Positions 1 through 8,689 of a stretch of DNA of 64,000 nucleotides are shown here, one piece after another. The position numbers were made by a program, and so were the translations under genes. The notes under the pieces are model-generated. The model had not been told where the DNA came from and did no database searches. It saw only the letters and a program-made list of their open reading frames with translations. The stretch comes from Polyangiaceae bacterium (GTDB taxonomy: Bacteria; Myxococcota_A; Polyangia; Polyangiales; Polyangiaceae), in the NCBI GenBank assembly GCA_033763455.1, contig JANRKO010000050.1, positions 1-64,000 on the forward strand, read 5' to 3'. Position 1 is the stretch's first letter. Each line of letters begins with the position of its first letter.

Positions 1-1
1 T

Positions 2-2176
2 GAGCTACTCGATGACCAGCGCTTCTCGCGCAACGTGCTCCCGTCCGAGGAACAGCTCGCCCGGGTGATGGTACGCCGTCTCAAGAGCGACCTCGTCGAC
101 GCCAAGGGCAAGAGGCTCTACCCGGTGCGCCGCCTCGAAGCGCTGAACGTCGAGTACACCGCCGAGGAGCGCGAGGCCCGACAACTTCTCGAACAGTACA
201 TCGCGAGCCGCAAGAAGCAGGACGAGCGCGAAGGCGCCGCCTCGCACTTCGTCCACCAGCTTCTCCGCAAGCGCCTCGCGTCGTCACCCGCCGCCTTCAT
301 GGCGACGCTGGCGCGGCACACAGCGACCATTGAGGGCAAGGGCGAGGCTCGCCGGGGGTCCAACCTCGACGACCGCATCCTCAGGCGCGCGATCGCCAAG
401 ACCGAAGAGGACTACGCAGACGACGACACGCGCGAAGCCGCCGAGTCCGAGGCCGTGGAAGAGGCGAGCCGTCGCCTGCGACCGCTATCGGCCGAGAACA
501 AGAAGCTCCTCGGCCGCCTGCGCTCGTGGGCCGAGCAGGCGAGCCACAAGCCCGACTCGAAGGCGGCGGCGCTCCTGCGCTGGCTCGAAGAGAACCTGCG
601 GCCCAAGGACCAATGGTCCAACGCGCGCGTCATCCTCTTCACCGAGTACCGCGCGACACAGAAGTGGCTGCACGAGATCCTCGCCAGCCACGACCTCGGT
701 GGCGAGCGTCTCGCGCTGCTCTTCGGCGGCATGGACCCGAAGGAGCGCGAGACCATCAAGGCTGCGTTCCAGGCCGATCCGCGTGAATCGCCAGTGCGCA
801 TCCTGCTCGCGACCGACGCGGCCTCGGAAGGCATCGACCTTCAGAACCACTGCAACCTGCTGATTCACGTCGAGATCCCCTACAACCCGAACGTGATGGA
901 GCAGCGCAACGGCCGCGTCGACCGTCACGGGCAGAAGCAAAGCGAAGTCGTCATCTGGCATCCCGTCGACGCGAGCGGCGGCCGCGGCGACGACATCCTC
1001 CGCGCGCTCAAGAAGCTCGACTCGATGCGCGCCGACATGGGAAGCGTGAACCCCGTCATCGCTCCGCAGCTGCCTGCGCTTCTCGAAGGCCGCCGCCGCG
1101 AGCTCGACACTGGCCTCGCCGAGAAGCGCATCGAACGCGCCAGACGTTACGTGAAGGCCGAGCGTGAGCTGCGCGAGCGCATCGCCAAGCTGCACGAACG
1201 GCTGACGACGACCCGCACAGAGCAGCACCTCACGCCCGACCGCATCGAGCGCGTGGTGCGCGTCGCGCTGGCGCTCACCGACAAGCCCGACCTCACGCCC
1301 GCGAAGCTGGCCGACCTTCCCGATGCCCGAGTGTTCCAAATGCCCGCGCTCGCGGGCTCGTGGTCGCGATGCCTCGACGGGCTCGACCACCCGTACACGA
1401 AGCGCACCCGCCCCATCACCTTCGACCACGACGCCGCCAAGGGCCGCGACGACGTGGTGCTCGTCCACCTGAACCACCCGCTCGTGCAGATGAGCCTGCG
1501 GTTGCTGCGTGCCGAGGTGTGGGCGCGCGACGACGTGAAGAAGCTGAACCGCGTTACGGTGCGCACACTGCCCGACGCGAAGCTCGACGCGCCCGCCGCC
1601 CTCGTCGTCTCGCGCCTCGTCATCACTGGTGGCAACCACCATCGCCTGCACGAGGAGCTGACGGAAGCAGGCGGCTACCTGCGCGACGCTGGCTTCAAGC
1701 GCGAGGACGGCATCACCAAGCTGCGCGACTGGCTCGACTCGTCGGCACCGGGGACCATCGACGACTCGCTCTTCGATGCCCTTCGCACGCGGTTCACGAA
1801 GCACACTGAGGCGGTCCTGAGCGCCGTCACCACGCGCTCGAGGGATCGCCTCAAGGGTCTCGGGTCCACGATCGAAGCCCGCAAGCGCAAAGAGATCGAC
1901 GAGATGACCCAGCTCCTCGACGACCTCGCCAAGAACCTTGAGGCCGAGCTGAAGCGAGAGGAGCCGAAGCAGCTCTCGCTCTTCTCCGAGGACGAACGCA
2001 CGCAGCTGCGGCGCGACAGGCTCGCACTCGAAGCGCGCCTGCGCCGCATCCCCGAGGAGCGCGAACGAGAGCGCCTCACGATCGAAGAGCGCCACACCGG
2101 CCTCGTCGACCACACGTTCCCCGTCTCGGTGATCCTCCTGGTGCCCGAGTCACTCGCCACGCGGAGGAAGCAGTGA
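2..2176 (+). CDS. drmD: DISARM SNF2-like helicase DrmD (5' end outside window)
   Basis: Frame is open from base 2. SNF2 C-terminal helicase motifs: ILFTEY, LLATDAASEGIDLQ, EQRNGRVDRHGQ. Lies directly upstream of an adenine MTase, followed by drmA/B/C. Confidence 0.88.
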   Translation, partial: ELLDDQRFSRNVLPSEEQLARVMVRRLKSDLVDAKGKRLYPVRRLEALNVEYTAEEREARQLLEQYIASRKKQDEREGAASHFVHQLLRKRLASSPAAFMATLARHTATIEGKGEARRGSNLDDRILRRAIAKTEEDYADDDTREAAESEAVEEASRRLRPLSAENKKLLGRLRSWAEQASHKPDSKAAALLRWLEENLRPKDQWSNARVILFTEYRATQKWLHEILASHDLGGERLALLFGGMDPKERETIKAAFQADPRESPVRILLATDAASEGIDLQNHCNLLIHVEIPYNPNVMEQRNGRVDRHGQKQSEVVIWHPVDASGGRGDDILRALKKLDSMRADMGSVNPVIAPQLPALLEGRRRELDTGLAEKRIERARRYVKAERELRERIAKLHERLTTTRTEQHLTPDRIERVVRVALALTDKPDLTPAKLADLPDARVFQMPALAGSWSRCLDGLDHPYTKRTRPITFDHDAAKGRDDVVLVHLNHPLVQMSLRLLRAEVWARDDVKKLNRVTVRTLPDAKLDAPAALVVSRLVITGGNHHRLHEELTEAGGYLRDAGFKREDGITKLRDWLDSSAPGTIDDSLFDALRTRFTKHTEAVLSAVTTRSRDRLKGLGSTIEARKRKEIDEMTQLLDDLAKNLEAELKREEPKQLSLFSEDERTQLRRDRLALEARLRRIPEERERERLTIEERHTGLVDHTFPVSVILLVPESLATRRKQ

Positions 2177-5100
2177 GCGCCAAGCACGAGTGGCTGAACC
2201 TGCTCGAGGTCTCTGGCCCGTTCCTCGCGGTGCCCGTGCTCCGTGAGGTGTTCCCGCAGGGCCTCGAAGAGCTTGACTCCTCGCGCGCCAAGCGCCTGCA
2301 CAGCGCCTACGAGGAATGGCGTGACGCGGTCGATGGCGACGACGCCGACCGCGACAAGCTCCACGCCGCGTGGATTGACGAGGTGCTGCGTACGGCGCTT
2401 GAGGCTGACGACGAGTTGCTCAAGGCCGGCAAGGACGTTCCGGCGTCGATCGTCGAGCTGCCCGAACACGACACCGCGATCGCGCCCGAGCTCGTGTTCG
2501 TCGACCCGACGCATGGCGCGGCGGTGCTTGCGCCGGTTCACGTCTTCCCGCCCGACACCGACCTCTCGGCGTCGATGAAGTTCGGAGGGCTGTCGTGCTC
2601 GCCGGGCGACCGCATGGCCTTCCACCTTCGCGCGCTGAACGTGCCGTTCGGAATCGTGACGAACGGCGAGCGTTGGATGCTCGTCCACGCGCCCACCGGT
2701 GAGGTGGCGACCTTCGCGAGCTGGTACGCGCGTATCTGGGGCCAGGAGCCCGCCACGCTGCGCTCGTTCACGTCGCTGCTCGGCGTGCGCCGCTTTTTCG
2801 CGCCCGCGCAGGACCGGCTTCCGGCGCTCTTCGAGCGCTCGCTGAAGCACCAGGACGAGGTCACCGACGCCCTCGGCGATCAGGTCCGGCGCGCCATCGA
2901 GGTGTTGGTGCAGGCGCTCGACCGCGCCGACCAGGATCGCAATCGCGAGCTGCTGCGCGACGTGAAGCCTCAGGAGCTGTACGAGGCCGGGCTCACCGTG
3001 ATGATGCGGCTCGTGTTCCTCCTCGCCGCCGAGGAGCGCGGGCTCTTGCTCTTGGGTGAGCCCCGCTACGACTCGTTCTACGCGGTGTCGACACTGCGCA
3101 TGCAGCTTCGGGCCGAGAGCGACGAGATCCTGGAACGACGGCGCGCATCGTGGTCGCGGTTGCTCGCTGTGTTCCGCGCGGTCTTCAGTGGCATCGACCA
3201 CCCGACGTTGCGTCTGCCCGCGATGGGTGGCTCGCTCTTCGACCCCGACCGCTTTCCGTTCCTCGAAGGACGGCTGAAGGGCACGTCCTGGCGGCAGCAT
3301 CGCGCCGAGCCGCTGCCCATCGACGACCGCACGGTGCTGCTGCTGCTCGAAGCCATCCAGACCTTCGAGGGGCGCACGCTCTCGTACCGTGCCCTCGACG
3401 TCGAGCAGATCGGTCACGTCTACGAGGGTCTGCTCGAACGCACCGTCTCGCGCGTCGAGGACGTGACGCTGGAGCTCGAAGCGGGCGCGCAGGCCAAGGA
3501 CGCGCGCGTCACGCTCGGCGAGCTGGAGTCGGCGCGCCTCGACGGCCAAGCCGCCGTCACGAGCCTGCTCGTCGAGCGTTCGAAGCGCTCGGAGTCGGCC
3601 ATCAAGAACGCCCTGGGCGCCGAGGTCGAGCCCCAGCAGGACGCGCGCCTGCTCTCTGCATGTCGCGGCGATGTGAAGCTCCGCGATCGCCTCGCGCCCT
3701 ACGTCCGCCTGATGCGCACCGACCCGTGGGGCTACCCGCTGGTGCATCCGAAGGGCGCGTTCGTCGTGGTACTCGGCGCCGATCGCCGCGAGACCGGCAC
3801 GCACTACACGCCCAAGAGTCTCACCGAGCGCATCGTCGAGGAGACGCTCACGCCGCTCGTCTACGACGGCCCCGCGAAGGGTGCACCGCGCGCTGAATGG
3901 AAGCTGAAGACTCCCGAGCAGCTCCTCGACCTAAAGGTCTGCGATCCCGCGATGGGATCGGGCGCGTTCCTCGTGCAGGCGTGTCGCTTCCTGAGCGCGC
4001 GCCTCGTCGAGGCTTGGGCCATCGAGGAGGCGGCCGGGCGTGTGGTCGACCTCACGGGACAGGTCCACGAGCCGCGCACCAGCGTCGAGTGCATGCCGCC
4101 CAGCGTAGAGGCGCGCGCCGAGAACGCGCGGCGCATCGTGGCAGAGCGATGCCTCTACGGCGTCGACCTGAATCCGCTGGCCGTCGAGCTGGCGAAGCTC
4201 TCGCTGTGGCTGGTGACGCTATCGAAGGGCCGCCCCTTCGGGTTTCTCGACCACAACCTCCGTCGCGGCGACAGCCTGCTCGGCATCAGCCGCCTCGAGC
4301 AGCTCACGGAGCTGTCGATGGCACCGAAGGAGCAGACGCAAGGACGCCTCTTCGGCAGGACCGTTCGGCAATCCGTCGAGGAGGCGTTGGCGATCCGCCT
4401 TCAGCTTCGCGAGATGCCCATCCGCGACATTCGCGACGTGGAGGCAATGGCCAGTCTCGACGCCGCAGCGCGAGCAAAGGTGACGACGTCCGAGAGTATT
4501 GCCGACGCCTTCATGGGCCTCGTCTTCGCCACCGAGAGCGCGCAAGATCTTGAGCGCCGGTTGGCCACCCTTGGACCGGATGCAGACGGCGCGGTTCAGG
4601 GCAACGCGACCGCGCTCCGGTCGCTCGAGCGCTTCGCTGACGACTCGCTGAGAGAGGGCTTCCTGCACGAACGCAAGGGGCTTCCGTTCCACTGGCCGCT
4701 CGAATTCCCTGAGGTTTTTCTCCGCGAGCATCCTGGCTTCGATGCATTTGTCGGCAACCCGCCTTTCCTGGGGAACAGACTCTGGAAGGGAACGCAGGGG
4801 CCTTCGCTACAGCGGATCGTGCAGCTCGTCCTGGGAGTGGCACCCGGGAAGATCGACCTCTCAGTGGCGTTCCATCGCCGCGCGGCTGAACTGCTGCGTG
4901 TCGACGGCGGGTACGGGCTCCTTGCGACGAACAACATCGCAGAAGGAAGTGCTGTAGCTGTTGGGCTCGAGCAGATCGCTGGGCAGGGTGACTTCTATTT
5001 CACGCGAAAGGGGCTGCCATGGCCGGGCTCTGCGTCGACGGTCGTGGCGATTGTGTGCTTCGCCAAGGGTCAGTGGAGCGGGCAACGACTTTGTGACGGC

Positions 5101-6258
5101 GTAGCGTGTGAGCGGATTGGCCCCCGGCTTGAACCGGAGGTCGCGGATGGCTGGGAGCCGAAACCCCTGCGCGATGCCGTGTTCGCCTTCGAAGGCGTCA
5201 ACAACAGCAAGGGACTCGCCTTCGTCGTCACTGACCAGCACCCGTGGTTCGACCGTCTCAAGTCGGAGAGAAACTCGCTACTACGCCCCTACGTGACCGG
5301 GGACGACATCACCAGCGGTGCTCTCACCCGGCTTGAGCGGTGGGCACTCGACATAGCGGACATGTCGTTGGAGGCCGTCGCCAAGCACTGGCCCGTCGCG
5401 CATGCGTTTCTTACTGAAGTGGTCGAGCCAACTCGAACGCCGCAGGCGCTCAAGAGCTACAAGGGACTGATCGACCGCTGGTGGCAGTTCTGGAATCACC
5501 GTGCCGAACAGATGCGTCGACTCAGGAAACAGTCGGAGTTCATCGCCTTCTGCAAGGCCGCGAAGTACCCGGTCTGCATGCTCGCTCCAACGGAGTGGCT
5601 CTACACCAACAAGGTGATCTTGGTGGAGAACGCTCGACCGGATCTCCTTGCGATTTGCCTGAGCTCGCCGTTTCGCGACTGGGTGTCGCGCTTTTCCCTC
5701 CAGAGTCTCGGCGGCGACAACAATACCTTGTCGCTGTCGATCACCGAGGCGTTCAGCACATTTCCACAGCCAATCGCCACCACCAGTGAATCGGGAATCG
5801 ACGCAGCAGCCAAGTTCCAAGAGGTGCTGACGTCTTGGAGCACGGAGAATCGCAAGGGCATGACCGATGCGATGAATGCGGTGAACTCTCCGGCTGCAAC
5901 GGAAGATGCCATCCAGGAGCTTCGTCAGCTCTTGGAGAAGATCGATGGCGCGGTGAAGGCTGCCTACGGCTGGACCGACATTGACCTCTCGCACGACTTC
6001 CACATAGAGGTGGATGCCGAGGGCGCACCGGTCAATCGCCACGGGACTTCGGCTGCCGCGAGAGGTCGCGTGCTGGCGGCGCTACTGAAGCTCAACCGCG
6101 ATCGCCACGAGCAGGAACGGTCGAGGCCGCCGGCGAGCACCAAGCGCGCCGCTCCGGTCGCTGACGGAGACTTCGCACTCACGTCGCCCGAATCGACCTC
6201 GAAGACCAAGGCCGCCTCCCCGGCACAGAAGGCCAAAACACGGAGAACTAGCCGATGA
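2173..6258 (+). CDS. drmMI: DISARM N6-adenine DNA methyltransferase DrmMI (type IIG/Eco57I-like architecture)
   Basis: GTHYTP, motif I DPAMGSGAF, LYGVDLN and motif IV GNPPF, plus a C-terminal TRD-like region. GTG start overlaps the drmD stop (GTGA). Confidence 0.88.
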   Translation: MSAKHEWLNLLEVSGPFLAVPVLREVFPQGLEELDSSRAKRLHSAYEEWRDAVDGDDADRDKLHAAWIDEVLRTALEADDELLKAGKDVPASIVELPEHDTAIAPELVFVDPTHGAAVLAPVHVFPPDTDLSASMKFGGLSCSPGDRMAFHLRALNVPFGIVTNGERWMLVHAPTGEVATFASWYARIWGQEPATLRSFTSLLGVRRFFAPAQDRLPALFERSLKHQDEVTDALGDQVRRAIEVLVQALDRADQDRNRELLRDVKPQELYEAGLTVMMRLVFLLAAEERGLLLLGEPRYDSFYAVSTLRMQLRAESDEILERRRASWSRLLAVFRAVFSGIDHPTLRLPAMGGSLFDPDRFPFLEGRLKGTSWRQHRAEPLPIDDRTVLLLLEAIQTFEGRTLSYRALDVEQIGHVYEGLLERTVSRVEDVTLELEAGAQAKDARVTLGELESARLDGQAAVTSLLVERSKRSESAIKNALGAEVEPQQDARLLSACRGDVKLRDRLAPYVRLMRTDPWGYPLVHPKGAFVVVLGADRRETGTHYTPKSLTERIVEETLTPLVYDGPAKGAPRAEWKLKTPEQLLDLKVCDPAMGSGAFLVQACRFLSARLVEAWAIEEAAGRVVDLTGQVHEPRTSVECMPPSVEARAENARRIVAERCLYGVDLNPLAVELAKLSLWLVTLSKGRPFGFLDHNLRRGDSLLGISRLEQLTELSMAPKEQTQGRLFGRTVRQSVEEALAIRLQLREMPIRDIRDVEAMASLDAAARAKVTTSESIADAFMGLVFATESAQDLERRLATLGPDADGAVQGNATALRSLERFADDSLREGFLHERKGLPFHWPLEFPEVFLREHPGFDAFVGNPPFLGNRLWKGTQGPSLQRIVQLVLGVAPGKIDLSVAFHRRAAELLRVDGGYGLLATNNIAEGSAVAVGLEQIAGQGDFYFTRKGLPWPGSASTVVAIVCFAKGQWSGQRLCDGVACERIGPRLEPEVADGWEPKPLRDAVFAFEGVNNSKGLAFVVTDQHPWFDRLKSERNSLLRPYVTGDDITSGALTRLERWALDIADMSLEAVAKHWPVAHAFLTEVVEPTRTPQALKSYKGLIDRWWQFWNHRAEQMRRLRKQSEFIAFCKAAKYPVCMLAPTEWLYTNKVILVENARPDLLAICLSSPFRDWVSRFSLQSLGGDNNTLSLSITEAFSTFPQPIATTSESGIDAAAKFQEVLTSWSTENRKGMTDAMNAVNSPAATEDAIQELRQLLEKIDGAVKAAYGWTDIDLSHDFHIEVDAEGAPVNRHGTSAAARGRVLAALLKLNRDRHEQERSRPPASTKRAAPVADGDFALTSPESTSKTKAASPAQKAKTRRTSR

Positions 6259-7676
6259 AACCAAGCACAGACAAGGCACAGGCTAGTCCGACCAAGCAGT
6301 TCTTCGTGTCGATGCTGACGCGCGACATCAGCCTCGACGACGCCATCCTCGACCTCCTCGACAACTGCCTCGACGGCGCGATGCGCATCGCTGATGGCGA
6401 CAAGGTCGACTACGCCCAGCATTTCGTGAAGATCAAGCTGGCCAAGGACGAGTTCTCCATCGAGGACAACTGCGGTGGAATCCCGCGCGATGTCGCCATC
6501 AACTACGCCTTCAAGATGGGCCGCGAGCCCGACGACGACCGCGACTCCGACACCGAGACAATCGGCATGTACGGGGTCGGCATGAAGCGCGCGATTTTCA
6601 AGATGGGGAGGAACGCGCTGGTGCGGTCGCGCCACGGGGATGACACGTTCGAGGTGCCCATCACGTCCGAGTGGCTCGAGGCGAAGAACTGGGACCCGCT
6701 GCCGATCAACGAGCCGACGAGGGCGAACGAGAAGCTGCCGCAGCCGGGCACGAGGATCGTCGTTAGGGACCTCTACGAGGGCGTCGCCCGACACTTCGAG
6801 AACGACGCGTTCGAGAACAAAGTCCGCACTGCCATCTCGGAACACTTCACGATGTTCCTCCAGTGGGGCTTAAAGGTGGAACTGAACGGCCAGCCGGTGG
6901 AGCCGGTGCGCGTCGAGGTGCTCGTCTCGAAGCGCGAGGATGGCCCCGCGCCGTTCGTGTTCCGCAAGACCATCGACGGCGTTGTCGTCTCGATCACCGT
7001 CGGTCGCAACACCAACCGTTCCCTTGGAAACGAGGAAGACGACGACGCGGGCTTCGAGCGGGACCGCTCGTCGGCCACTGCCGGATGGACGGTCCTCTGC
7101 AACGATCGCGCGGTCATCGTCGGCGACAAGAGCCGTCTCACGGGTTGGGGCGATGGCATTCCGCTCTACCACCCGCAGTTCGCCATCATCACGGGCATCA
7201 TCGAGTTCCGCTCGAAGCGCGCCGACAAGCTTCCCGTGACGACGACGAAGCGCGCACTCGACACGTCGTCGAACGTCTGGCTCGAGTCCCTCGTGAAGAT
7301 GAAAGAGGGCATGCGGGTTTGGATCGACTACACGAACCAGTGGAAGAACCAGGCGGGCGCTGAGCAACAGCAGGCTCGCCACTGGGAGGACGCCCGGCCG
7401 ATGCCCCTCAGCAAGGCGATCGAAGCCGTCGCTCAGCGCAAGGCCACGAAGAAGTCGGACGACGACGGCGTCGAGTTCAACCCGAAGAAGAACAAGGTTC
7501 TCCCCGAGCCCCCGAACAAGACGCCGTCATCTCGGCGGGTCACGTTCTCGAAACCTGCCGAAGAGGTCCGCCTCGTTGGCAAAGCGCTGCTTGACGACGA
7601 GAACGCAAGGCCTGGTGACGTCGGTGAAAAGGCGTTCGATCTGGCTCTGGCCAAGGCCAAGAAGCGGGGCGGCTGA
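6255..7676 (+). CDS. MORC-like GHKL (HATPase_c) ATPase with putative S5-fold domain
   Basis: GHKL motifs ILDLLDNCLDG, IEDNCGGI, IGMYGVGMKRA and PGTRI. Downstream GWTVLCNDRAVI resembles the MORC S5-domain signature. ATG overlaps the drmMI stop (ATGA). Confidence 0.82.
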   Translation: MKPSTDKAQASPTKQFFVSMLTRDISLDDAILDLLDNCLDGAMRIADGDKVDYAQHFVKIKLAKDEFSIEDNCGGIPRDVAINYAFKMGREPDDDRDSDTETIGMYGVGMKRAIFKMGRNALVRSRHGDDTFEVPITSEWLEAKNWDPLPINEPTRANEKLPQPGTRIVVRDLYEGVARHFENDAFENKVRTAISEHFTMFLQWGLKVELNGQPVEPVRVEVLVSKREDGPAPFVFRKTIDGVVVSITVGRNTNRSLGNEEDDDAGFERDRSSATAGWTVLCNDRAVIVGDKSRLTGWGDGIPLYHPQFAIITGIIEFRSKRADKLPVTTTKRALDTSSNVWLESLVKMKEGMRVWIDYTNQWKNQAGAEQQQARHWEDARPMPLSKAIEAVAQRKATKKSDDDGVEFNPKKNKVLPEPPNKTPSSRRVTFSKPAEEVRLVGKALLDDENARPGDVGEKAFDLALAKAKKRGG

Positions 7677-7678
7677 CC

Positions 7679-8674
7679 ATGGGCGCTGGTTCTTCACTGC
7701 CGTATAGGTTGCGGCCGAACAAGGCCGTGGACCGCGAGCTGTTTCTGTCGCTCTTGATGCGGGTGGCGCCGAAGCTGGCGCTCGAGAAGTACCACTACGT
7801 CGGGCTCGGCGGACCGTTCCTCGAAGACTTCCGCTTGGTTCACGGGCGGCTTGGCATCGCCAAGATGACGTGCATCGAGACGGAGGAGCAGGTGCACAAG
7901 CGCCAAATCTTCAATCGGCCGATCGCCTCTATCGAGTGCGTTCACAAGACCCTTGAGGACTACCTGGACGAGACCGACTTCGAAACGCCCGCCATCATCT
8001 GGTTCGACTACACCGAGCCCAAAGGCATTACGACGCAGATCGAGCGCTTCGCACGCACCATCGGCACCGTGCCGATCGGCAGCATCCTCCGCGTGACGCT
8101 CAACGCGAACCCCACCTCCCTCGGGAAGCCAGACGCCAAGGACCTCTCCGTCGAGGTCGAGGGCGAGGCGTCGGAGGATCGCGCGGTGAAGCCGACGATC
8201 CAGGAGTGGCGGCTCGCACGCTTCAAGGAGCGGATGGGCGGGTTGTTCCCCAGCGGCCTGACTACCGAGGGAATGACCTTCAAGGCGTACGGGCCGAGCC
8301 TCCTGCGCGCCCTGAAGCTGGCCGTCGACAACGAGGTGTTGAGCTTCCGTGATCGCCGCATCGTGTGGGCGCTCGCCACGCACTACGCCGATGGCCAGGC
8401 GATGGTCACCGCCGCGTTGGTGGTCGCCCCGAATGCCGACACGAGCATCGATGAGCTCGTGAAGGGCTGGGAGTTCTACACGACGACCGATGCTCCGCAC
8501 CGGCTCGACCTCCCGGCGCTCTCGACGTTGGAGAGGTTGACGATGGAGTCGAACGACGACGCCAAGACGCGGCTCGGCTTCGCTCTTCCGAATTCGGACA
8601 TGGGGACCGACCCCTTCGAGGTCTTCAAGAAATTCTACCGTATCTACCCGCACTTCTCGCGGGTTGAGCTGTAG
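7679..8674 (+). CDS. Uncharacterised class I SAM-dependent methyltransferase-fold protein
   Basis: Rossmann-MTase-like pattern: YHYVGLGG (motif I), MTCIE (acidic end of strand 2), IIWFDY (motif IV). Starts 2 nt after the ATPase stop. The ORF is clear; the function is inferred. Confidence 0.6.
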   Translation: MGAGSSLPYRLRPNKAVDRELFLSLLMRVAPKLALEKYHYVGLGGPFLEDFRLVHGRLGIAKMTCIETEEQVHKRQIFNRPIASIECVHKTLEDYLDETDFETPAIIWFDYTEPKGITTQIERFARTIGTVPIGSILRVTLNANPTSLGKPDAKDLSVEVEGEASEDRAVKPTIQEWRLARFKERMGGLFPSGLTTEGMTFKAYGPSLLRALKLAVDNEVLSFRDRRIVWALATHYADGQAMVTAALVVAPNADTSIDELVKGWEFYTTTDAPHRLDLPALSTLERLTMESNDDAKTRLGFALPNSDMGTDPFEVFKKFYRIYPHFSRVEL

Positions 8675-8689
8675 CGAGAGGAGCAACGC

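Noticed and set aside
6255..7676. Histidine kinase, MutL or Hsp90 call for the ATPase
   Set aside because: No HisKA or sensor domain and no MutL/Hsp90-specific signatures. An N-terminal GHKL plus S5-like region in an R-M context fits MORC-like.
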